A stretch of DNA of 63,155 nucleotides, the filler included, from Octopus bimaculoides (Eukaryota): assembly GCF_001194135.2 (NCBI RefSeq). It is 8 parts of 7 records of this genome, joined end to end, with 100 filler letters (N's around TTAATTAATTAA, not from the genome) between each part and the next. Parts side by side here need not be neighbours in the genome. Positions count along the whole stretch, not along the records: positions 53,039 to 56,521 come from NC_069009.1; positions 56,622 to 61,808 come from NC_068989.1; positions 61,909 to 63,155 come from NW_026325582.1; 5 more parts are not named here. One strand, 5' to 3'. The notes beneath the pieces are model-generated. The model ran no database searches, was not told the origin of the DNA, and saw only the letters and a program-made list of their open reading frames with translations. Below are positions 53,898 through 63,155 of the stretch, piece by piece. Made by a program: the position numbers and the translations under genes. Numbering within the stretch: the stretch's first letter is position 1; each line of letters begins with the position of its first letter.

Positions 53898-55017
53898 TAA
53901 GTATCTTCCACAATACTTAGCATCCAAATACTCGTCGTTTAACGTCCGCTTTCCATGCTAGCATGGGTTGGACGATTTGACTGAGGACTGGTGAAACCAG
54001 ATGGCAACACCAGGCTCCAATCTGATTTGGCAGAGTTTCTACAGCTGGATGCCCTTCCTAATGCCAACCACTCAGAGAGTGTAGTGGGTGCTTTTGCGTG
54101 TCACCCGCACGAAGGCCAGTCGGGCGGTACTGGCAACGGCCACGCTCAAAATGGTGTATTTTATGTGCCACCCACACAAGAGCCAGTCCAGGGGCACTAA
54201 GTCTTATAATTTGTGAGACCTCTGACAGCAGGTTGTTGCCTGTTCTCAAAGAATCCANNNNNNNNNNGCCCTTCCTAATGCCAACCACTCAGAGAGTGTA
54301 GTGGGTGCTTTTACGTGTCACCCGCACGAAGGCCAGTCGGGCGGTACTGGCAACGGCCACGCTCAAAATGGTGTATTTTATGTGCCACCCACACAAGAGC
54401 CAGTCCAGGGGCACTAAGTCTTATAATTTGTGAGACCTCTGACAGCAGGTTGTTGCCTGTTCTCAAAGAATCCACCTGAGCAAGTAACTCTGAAGTGTTA
54501 TCATGTACATGTTTTGTCTTGGTGTAAAAGATGGGTTATAGCAAATATTCTACTCAATACAGATTTGCTTGACCGTAACCAGTTGAGCATGTCCCTTGGT
54601 GGCTGGCGATGTGTGCATCTCTGATCATAAGCAGGAGCAGTGGGGAAGCATCATAGCCATGGGTTGAGAAGAATTCTCTGCGGTTTGAATACTTCACACC
54701 TGGAAACATTAATGTGTTGTTAATCATCTTTAAACAACCCTTATTCAGGAACCCTTTTAGTGGGATCGGTGACCCAACCTGAAGAAAATTCTTACTTGGC
54801 CCCCACCTTCAAGGTCATGTGTTGTTTATCTTGATATGAGATCACAAGGTTATGCATATCTGGTTATGAAACATATGCCTGGTGTACCCTTATCAGATGG
54901 CTAGTCATGATGGGTATATTGAAGTTCATATATTTGTACCTCTGTGTCACTTTTACAACATGTGTTGCTCTCTCACTCAATAATAATAATAATAATAATT
55001 CTCTTTATCTCCTTCAG

Positions 55018-55391
55018 CGAGACCAGAGGCTCCAACAAAGGTGAATGTGAACTGTTATGCAGAATATGCGACCGTCTCTTGGACATCTGGAAGCACAAAC
55101 AATGCGCCAATACAGTTTTACATAATCCAGGCAAACACCAGTTTCAACCCTGACCAGTGGTCAATGGTAAACAAGGTTTCCTCGGCTGAAACAAGAATCG
55201 ACATCATTATGTCCCCCTACACCAACTACACATTCCGTGTGGTGGCACAGAACAAAATTGGAGAGAGTAAACCCAGTGACCACGCCCTGGACATGTGCAA
55301 GTCAAAGCCTGGTGGAACTGTGCCCTACCGACAACCATCCAATGTGCACACACGAGGCGATCGCAAGAATTACTTGACAATTATGTGGACA
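55018..55391 (+). CDS. Nrg: Internal exon of a neuroglian/L1CAM-family adhesion molecule: FN3 domain 1 and start of FN3 domain 2
   Basis: Acceptor ctctttatctccttcAG (55016-17) and donor ACA|GTAAGT (55392). Phase 1 start, phase 0 end, no stops. Translation RPEAPTKVNVNCYAEYATVSW...NNAPIQFYIIQANTSFNPDQW...MSPYTNYTFRVVAQNKIGESKPS...MC...PSNV...LTIMWT matches my recollection of Drosophila neuroglian FN1-FN2 (NTSF, SPWANYTFRV, NKIG, paired Cys). Confidence 0.93.
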
Positions 55392-56051
55392 GTAAGTGGA
55401 TACATTTGACCACTCTCTTTGTTTCTCTCTCGCCCTCTCTCTCTCTCTCTCTCTCGTTCTCCCTCTCCCTCTCTTTCTCTCTCCCTCTCTTTCTCTCTCC
55501 CTCTCTCTTTCTCTCTCCCTCTCTCTTTCTCTTTCTCTCTCTNNNNNNNNNNNNNNNNNNNNNNNNNNNNNNNNNNNNNNNNNNNNNNNNNNNNNNNNNN
55601 NNNNNNNNNNNNNNNNNNNNNNNNNNNNNNNNNNNNNNNNNNNNNNNNNNNNNNNNNNNNNNNNNNNNNNNNNNNNNNNNNNNNNNNNNNNNNNNNNNNN
55701 NNNNNNNNNNNNNNNNNNNNNNNNNNNNNNNNNNNNNNNNNNNNNNNNNNNNNNNNNNNNNNNNNNNNNNNNNNNNNNNCTCCCCCCCTCTCTCATATCT
55801 TTCCTGTTTGGTTCACACTTTTTGGTCCAGTGATTAGGCCATTGCACTCATGATCTCAAGACTATGGTTTCAGTTCCTGGACTAGGTGGTGCATTGTGTT
55901 CTTGCTCTGCAATCACTTTGATGCCTGATCTGACACACCATGCATCTGTTCAGGCAATATAAACTATGTCCCCTTTTTTCCTCTCTCTCTCTCTCTCTCT
56001 GCCTTCCTATCTCTGACTATCCTTGTTTTTCTGTCTCTCTCTTTCCGCCAG

Positions 56052-56286
56052 ATCATGCCACCGATTACACACAATGGCCCTGACTTCAAGTATGTGATTG
56101 AGGTGAGATTACGGAACAGCACCGACACACCAACCATTAAAACCATCAGTAACTGGCAAGTGAACAACATATCCATTTATACCAACAATATCTACAAGCC
56201 CTATGATATTAAAATGAGGGTGAAGAATAGCATAGGGGATGCCAACGTGAGCTCTGTAAGGATTGTTGGATATTCAGGAGAGGATA
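56052..56286 (+). CDS. Nrg: Next internal exon of neuroglian/L1-like gene: rest of FN3 domain 2
   Basis: Acceptor ctctctttccgccAG (56050-51) and donor GATA|GTGAGT (56287). Phase 0 start joins the previous exon in frame. IMPPITHNGPDFKYVI...YDIKMRVKNSIGDAN...VGYSGED carries the L1-family MP..HN.P.F.Y and GYSGED signatures. Confidence 0.93.
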
Positions 56287-56621
56287 GTGAGTATTGGTCT
56301 TGGAACAATTATTACCATTATTTACTTTTAATCTGCATCATCATCATCATCATCGTTTAACGTCCGCTTTCCATGCTAGCATGGGTTGGACGATTTGACT
56401 GAGGACTGGTGAAACCGGATGGCAACACCAGGCTCCAATCTAATTTGGCAGAGTTTCTACAGCTGGATGCCCGTCCTAACGCCAACCACTCCAAGAGTGT
56501 AGTTTATTTATATATATATATNNNNNNNNNNNNNNNNNNNNNNNNNNNNNNNNNNNNNNNNNNNNTTAATTAATTAANNNNNNNNNNNNNNNNNNNNNNN
56601 NNNNNNNNNNNNNNNNNNNNN

Positions 56622-56659
<38 letters not shown>

Positions 56660-56716
56660 CGCTCGCTCTCTCTCTTCCAGCACCAACATCAAGAGCAATT
56701 CAATAATGAAACTCAA

Positions 56717-57225
56717 TAAGGCGGTGAGCTGGCAGAAACGTTAGCACGCTGGGCGAAATGCTTAGCGGTATTTCGTCTGTCTTTACGTTCTGAGTTCAAA
56801 TTCCACCAAGGTCGACTTTGCCTTTCATCCTTTCGGGGTCGATTAATTAAGTACCAGTTGCGTACTGGGGTTCGTTTAATCCACTAGCCTCCTCTCCAAA
56901 GATTTCGGGCCTTGTGCCTTGAGTAGAAAAGAATAATAAAGCATAATTAACTGCGGTAAAAAAAAAATCTTGCAGGGAGAGAACTCTTTATTGAGTTACT
57001 TCCCTTGATAAATATTTCCTACGTCGCGCAAAATGCTGATCTGCATTTTACTTCACTTTCTATTCTGATTTCAAATTCCGCCGAGTCGATTTTTACCTTT
57101 CCCCTTCAAGGAGTCGATTACATCGATCCCATTTCTTAACTGGTGTCTATTTTATCGACTCCGAGTTTTTCGTATATGTGTATATATATATGTATATATA
57201 TATGTGTGTGTGTATNNNNNNNNNN

Positions 57226-57273
<48 letters not shown>

Positions 57274-59530
57274 ATATATATATGTGTAGGTGTGTGTGAC
57301 TGTGTCTGTGTTCGTCTTTCCGTCATCGATTGACAATAGGTGTTATCGTCTCGGTAACTTAGTGGCTCAGCAAAAGTGATTGATAGAATAAGTACTAGGC
57401 TTAAAAAAATAATGCCGGGGGTCGATTTGTTCGAATAAAACCAGCGTAGCCGCCGTTAAATGAGTGAAACAAATAAAGGAAGAAACTGCAAATATAGCTG
57501 ATGAATATCCTTCTCTACTCTAGGCACAAGGCCCGAAATTTTGGGGGCAGAGATCCAGTCGATTAGATCGGCCTCAGTACGCATCTGGTACTTAATTTAT
57601 CGACCACGAAAGGATGAAAGACAAAGTCGACTACGGCGGAATCAGAACGTAAGGACAGACGAAATACCTATTTCTTTATTGCCCACAAGGGGCTAAACAT
57701 AGAGGGGACAAACAAGAACAGACGAACGGATTAAGTCGATTACATCGACCCCAGTGCGTAACTGGTATTTATTTAATCGACCCCGAAAGGATGAAAGGCA
57801 AAGTCGACCTCGGCGGAATTTGAACTCAGAACGTAACGGCAGACGAAATACCGCTAAGCATTTCGCCCGGCGTGCTGACGTTTCTGCCAGCTCGCCGCCT
57901 TATTCGATGAAAATATTCTCTTCTATTCTAGGCACAAAGCCTGAACTTTTGGGGGAGGGTCTAGTCGATTAGATCAACCCCAGTACGCAACTGGTACTTA
58001 ATTTATCGACNNNNNNNNNNNNNNNNNNNNNNNNNNNNNNNNNNNNNNNNNNNNNNNNNNNNNNNNNNNNNNNNNNNNNNNNNNNNNNNNNNNNNNNNNN
58101 NNNNNNNNNNNNNNNNNNNNNNNNNNNNNNNNNNGGGGCAGAGATCCAGTCGATTAGATCGGCCTCAGTACGCATCTGGTACTTAATTTATCGACTCTGA
58201 AAGGATGAAAAGCAAAGTCCACCCCGTCGGAATTTGAGCTCAGAACGTAAAGACAGTCGAAATACCGCTAAGCATTTCGCCCGGCGTGTTAACGTTTCTG
58301 CCAGCTCAGTGCCTTACAACCTTCTAAATATTATAAAAAGTATACAAACGTAGCGTATGACTAAGTATACAGTAAATATATACTGCAACTATTACCCAAT
58401 TATATACACACACACACACACACACACACATACACACACACACACACACACGCACACATATACACACGCACACATATACACACNNNNNNNNNNTAGCATT
58501 GCATGTTTGTGTGTGTTTGTGTGTGTGTGTGTGTGTGTACGTATTGGGTTCAAATTTTGGCACAAAGCCAACAATTTCGAGGGTGGGGAAAAGTCGATTA
58601 AATCAATCCTAGTGATCAACTGATACTTATTTTATCGACCCCCGAAAGGATTAAAGGTAAAGTCGTACTCGGCGGAATTTGAACACAGAACGTAAAGACG
58701 GACGAACTGCTGCTAACGCATTTTGCCCGGCATGCTAACGATTCAGCCAGCTCGCCACTTTTACGTGTGTATACATATTGATTTCAAGTTTTGGCACAAG
58801 GCCAGCAATTCCGGGGAAGTGGGTAACTCGATTGCATCGACCCCAGAACTCAATTTGTATTTATTTTATCAACCGCGAAAGGATGAAAGGTAAAGTCGAC
58901 CTCGGCGGAATTTGAACTCAGAACGAAAGCTCGCCACCTTCGCGTGTGTCTACATATTAATAACATTAATNNNNNNNNNNNNNNNNNNNNNNNNNNNNNN
59001 NNNNNNNNNNNNNNNNNNNNNNNNNNNNNNNNNNNNNNNNNNNNNNNNNNNNNNNNNNNNNNNNNNNNNNNNNNNNNNNNNNNNNNNNNNNNNNNNNNNN
59101 NNNNNNNNNNNNNNNNNNNNNNNNNNNNNNNNNNNNNNNNNNNNNNNNNNNNNNNNNNNNNNGTTAGCACGCCGGGCGAAATGCCTAACGGTATTTCGTC
59201 TGCCGTTACGGTCTAAATTCAAATTCCGTCGAGGTCGACTTTACCTTTCATCTTTTCGGGGTCTCGATTAAATAAATACCAGTTACGCACTGGGGTCGAT
59301 ATGATCGACTTAGTCCGTTTGCCTGTCCTTGTTTGTCCCCTCTGTGTGTAGCCCTTTGAGGGCAGTAAAGAAATAAGAAACGTTAGCACGCCGGGCGAAA
59401 TGCTTAGCGGTATTTCGTCTGCCGTTACGTTCTGAGTTCAAATTCCGCCGAGGTCGACTTTGCCTTTCATCTTTTCGGGGTCTCGATTAAATAAGTACCA
59501 GTTGCGTACTGAGGTCGATCTAATCGACTG
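56717..59530. mobile_element. Cluster of about 9 full or partial SINE family D copies in both orientations
   Basis: Repeated GGCGGCGAGCTGGCAGAAACGTTAGCACGCCGGGCGAAATG...GAGTTCAAATTCCGCCGAGGTCGAC. + strand at about 56717, 57070, 59162 and 59380; - strand at about 57500-57900, 57900-58010, 58135-58315, 58545-58765 and 58790-58935. Other D copies at about 16400-16700, 28217, 28722, 29954, 30350, 51315 and 52320-52620. Confidence 0.88.
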
Positions 59531-59532
59531 GA

Positions 59533-60606
59533 TATATAGGGTTGGAAAGAAAGATTTGGCATTTCCTAACAAAATCATTTTAGGAGTAATCTTTCAATAC
59601 AGTAAAATAGACATTAATCTGGATGATCAAGTTCTGTCAATATTAGGCTTCAGAAAACCTTAGCTGATGAAAATCCAAAGCAAATTGTACGAGAATAAGA
59701 AAAACAGTTGAATTCAAGTGACACTTCGTTCATAAAACTCCTTAATGAACTAGGAAAAGAGTCTAAACTTGGTCAGTGGATACTTCACTAATTTAAACAG
59801 TTGCCCTCTGCGCATCGAAGAGTAGATTGTAACTGAACCTTTCCTGGATAGAATAATCACAAGTGATGGAAAGTGGGTTCTCTCTAATCGTATCCAACGA
59901 AGACAACAACGTTTAGCACCTAATGAAAAAGAAGAATCCAACGCCAAACCAGGACTACATCCGAGAAAGTTATGCTGTGTTTGGTGAGATATGAAGAGTA
60001 TCGGCTATCATGAGGTGTTAAGTATAGATACATTCATCCCGTATCCACCGAAAATGAGCATGATGGCTTGTGGCTCGTAGCTTGGAAATTCCGGTGTCGC
60101 TGATGGCCACCACATCAATTACTAGTGAACTTGGCTCGTTGAGCAAGTGGTGCCAAAATGTAACAGTTAATACAGAGAAGTATTGTTGTCGATTGGAAGC
60201 ATTGCACTGAATTTTACAGAAGCATCCATCAACGGCTATTCGTGAAGAGGTATAACTCTTAAATTATAGTACAAGGTTACACGTTGCCCAAGTCATTCAG
60301 GAAAAGATTACGGCTCTAAATACGGAAATTCTGTCTCACTTACCGTACACTCATAACCTTCTTTCATCTGACTATCGTCTTTTCAGATCATTGCAACATT
60401 ATTTAGAGAAAAAACAGCTAATTAATTGTGGAGAGGTTAAAAATAATATTGAGTGTTTCTTTAGTCTGAAATCTGAAGAATTTCACATCAAAGGAATCAA
60501 TAATTTGCCAAAAAGATGGATTATGTTATTAATAACAAAGGGGGAAAATATTTCTTTGATTAAATATATTACTTAAGACTAAAGGAACATTTGTTTCTTA
60601 CCCATT
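59533..60606 (+). mobile_element. Mariner (DD34D-type) transposon relic
   Basis: ITSDGKWVL, LHPRKVMLCVW*D, EKYCCRLEAL and LPYTHNL..SDY-like motifs; degenerate TIRs. Confidence 0.8.
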
Positions 60607-61043
60607 TCGAAATCTTTCAAACGCAATACATCCCCCCACCACCAATATATGTATGTATGTATGTGTGTGTATGTATATGTATATGTATATATATATATAT
60701 ATGGATGTGTATATATATATGTGTGTGTGTATGTCTGTATATGTATATATATGTGTATATATATTTGTGTGTGTGTGTATATCTGTATATGTATATATAT
60801 GTGTATATATTTGTGTGTGTGTATGTCTGTATATGTATATATATATGTGTATATATATATGTGTGTGTGTGTGTATGTCTGTATATGTATATATATATAT
60901 GTGTATATATATATGTGTGTATGTGTGTATATGTATATACATGTGTATATATGTGTGTATGAGTGTATGTGCGCGCATGTGTGTATAAACACGTTTAAAT
61001 ATTTAGTCAACAATAAATTAACACTATCACGCGTTTCATATGT

Positions 61044-61074
<31 letters not shown>

Positions 61075-61557
61075 TACTCGCACACACACACACACACACA
61101 CGCACACGCATACACACACACGCATACACACACACACGTACACACGCACGCATGTACACGCCCACACACATAAATCCGTCAATGACTGATTAATTCACTC
61201 TACTTTTCCAGCCGATGGAATGTTGTGACTCTCATGACTTCCTTAAAGCAACCATATTCAGTAAAATCAATACACACAGGGATCGATATCGCATTGGATA
61301 TTTCATTGTAGTGTCAACCGTCTTAAAGTACTAAAAAGAAAAAAACAACATACAGAGATCAATACGATCGATAATGATCTCTATTAACAAAACAACTATT
61401 AGTTGTTTTTACAGTCACAGATCAAACTATATATCGAACTATAAACCTTAATTTGTTAACAAGGAAATAATCTATTTACCCACGTTTCTCTCATTTTAGA
61501 AATTCGAGATATTTGCTAGAAAATACAGTTCTATATTTAAGAGATGACGAATTGTGC

Positions 61558-61724
61558 ACCTTATTTACATTATTTACATTATTTACATTTGACGGATATT
61601 TGTCCTCATCTTGTTTGTTGTTAACACAACGTTTCGGCTGATATACCCTCCAGCCTTCATCAGGTGTCTTGTGGAAATTTCGAACCTGGGTTCTCATTCC
61701 TAAGGTATTTTTTGATGTTGTTGC

Positions 61725-61808
<84 letters not shown>
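61558..61808 (-). mobile_element. Hammerhead-containing non-coding retroelement (Penelope pLTR-like or SINE-like); 5' end lost in gap
   Basis: Minus strand: (AAT)n, about 60 nt unique sequence, hammerhead, then a tail ending in tandem AATGTAAAT repeats. No ORF. Confidence 0.55.
61623..61668 (-). ncRNA. Minimal type I hammerhead ribozyme with canonical core (Penelope-type, dimer-dependent)
   Basis: Minus strand reads gacac-CUGAUGA-a-GGCUG-gagggtatat-CAGCC-GAAA-CG-UU-gtgtt: 5-bp stem I, 5-bp stem II, self-complementary ACGU in place of stem III, GUU triplet. Confidence 0.8.
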
Positions 61809-61908
61809 NNNNNNNNNNNNNNNNNNNNNNNNNNNNNNNNNNNNNNNNNNNNTTAATTAATTAANNNNNNNNNNNNNNNNNNNNNNNNNNNNNNNNNNNN
61901 NNNNNNNN

Positions 61909-61951
<43 letters not shown>

Positions 61952-61956
61952 TTATA

Positions 61957-63155
61957 CAGTAGTTGGACAAAATAATGGAAACATCTAACATTATAATTTT
62001 GAATTATGTGTAAAATCATCAAAAGCTTGTTTATTTTTTATGTTTTTTGTTTTATTATTAGTGTTGCTTAATATGTTTTACTAAAATAGTTTCTTTTCAG
62101 ATATTGTCAGAAAAAGGTAATTAAAATTAATTAAAATGACAGATCTATTGGAATTTCAAAGAGGTCAAATTGTTAGTGCCCATGTGGCAGGCGCTAGCAT
62201 AACGAAAACAGTCGAAATGTTTGGTGTATCAAGAAGTACTGTCTCAAAAGTAATGACAGCCTTTGAGAAAGAGGGGAAAAGCCTCGCCAAAACAAATCTC
62301 CAGAAGGAAACCAAAACTTTCAGATGTGGACCGTCGGACTATTACGTGAATTGTTAGTAAGGATCACAAAAGTACAGCTCCCAAAATAACTTCAGAGTTT
62401 AATGACCATCTTGAGAACCCAGTTTCCACAGAAACTGATCGCCAGGAGCTCCACAAAGCCAGATTTCATGGGAGGGCAGCAATCAGAAAATCACTAGTTT
62501 CAAACACAAACGTTGCAAAGCATTTAGAGTGGAGTAAAAACCTACAGAATTGGTCCCTAGAGCAGTGGAAGAATGTTATTTTCTTGAATGAGTCATCCTT
62601 TACCATATTTCCAACTACCAGCTGAGTATACGTGTGGAGACAGCCAAAAGAAGCATTTGTCCCAGACTACCTTCTTCCAACTGTTAAACATGGAGGAGGA
62701 TCTGTGATGAACTGGGGGGGGGGACTATATCTTGGAAATCTGCCAGCCCAATGATTTCCCTTCATGGCAGAATTAATAGTCAAGACTATTTAAGCATTTT
62801 ATCTGATCAATTCATCCTATGTTTGCGGAACTTTCAGGATGATAATGCACCAATTCACACAGCTAAAGTTGTTACTGAATGGAACGAGGAACATTCTATT
62901 GAAGTTGAGCATCTTATTTGGCCACCACAGTATTATTGAACATGTATGGTGCATTTTAGAAAAACAGGTAAGGAGTCGATTGCAAGCAATGGAGACTATT
63001 TTAGCAGAAGAATGGACAAAAATTTGTTTGGAAACAATTCAAACTTTGTACAAGTCCGAGCCTTGTAGAATTCAAGCTGTAATTACTGCTAAAGACGGTC
63101 CTACCCCTTACTAAAATAAATTTGTTTGAAATTTTAAGGTGTTTCCATTATTTTG
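61957..63155 (+). mobile_element. Tc1-family DNA transposon, near full length, inactivated transposase (about 62136-63114)
   Basis: TA|CAGTAGTTGGACAAAATAATGGAAACA left TIR; GTGTTTCCATTATTTTG right TIR cut by the window end. MTDLLEFQRGQIV HTH, FLNESSF (first D changed to N), FQDDNAPIH, WPPQ..IEHVW, with stops and frameshifts. Confidence 0.92.

Overview
Repeat-dense, AT-rich animal genomic DNA from a gappy short-read scaffold. The tRNA-headed SINE families, dense microsatellites and TTAGGG repeats suggest an octopus or other cephalopod; this is inferred, not verified. The only host coding sequence I can support is two + strand spliced exons (55018-55391 and 56052-56286) encoding fibronectin type III domains 1-2 of a neuroglian/L1-family adhesion molecule. 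Everything else looks intronic or intergenic. It holds at least five SINE families and relics of Penelope-like elements (RT and GIY-YIG), RTE, L1/Tx1, R4- and Hero-like LINEs, Helitrons, Tc1, mariner and maT transposons, MITEs and long foldback hairpins. The most interesting signal is a set of minimal type I hammerhead ribozyme folds in non-coding repeats: 711-755 (+), 61623-61668 (-) and a decayed one at 20861-20896 (-). They share the window with Penelope-like relics and may be retrozyme-like or PLE-dependent elements. Nearly all ORFs in the supplied track are microsatellite or N-gap artefacts. Element boundaries and family calls were read by eye, without database searches.
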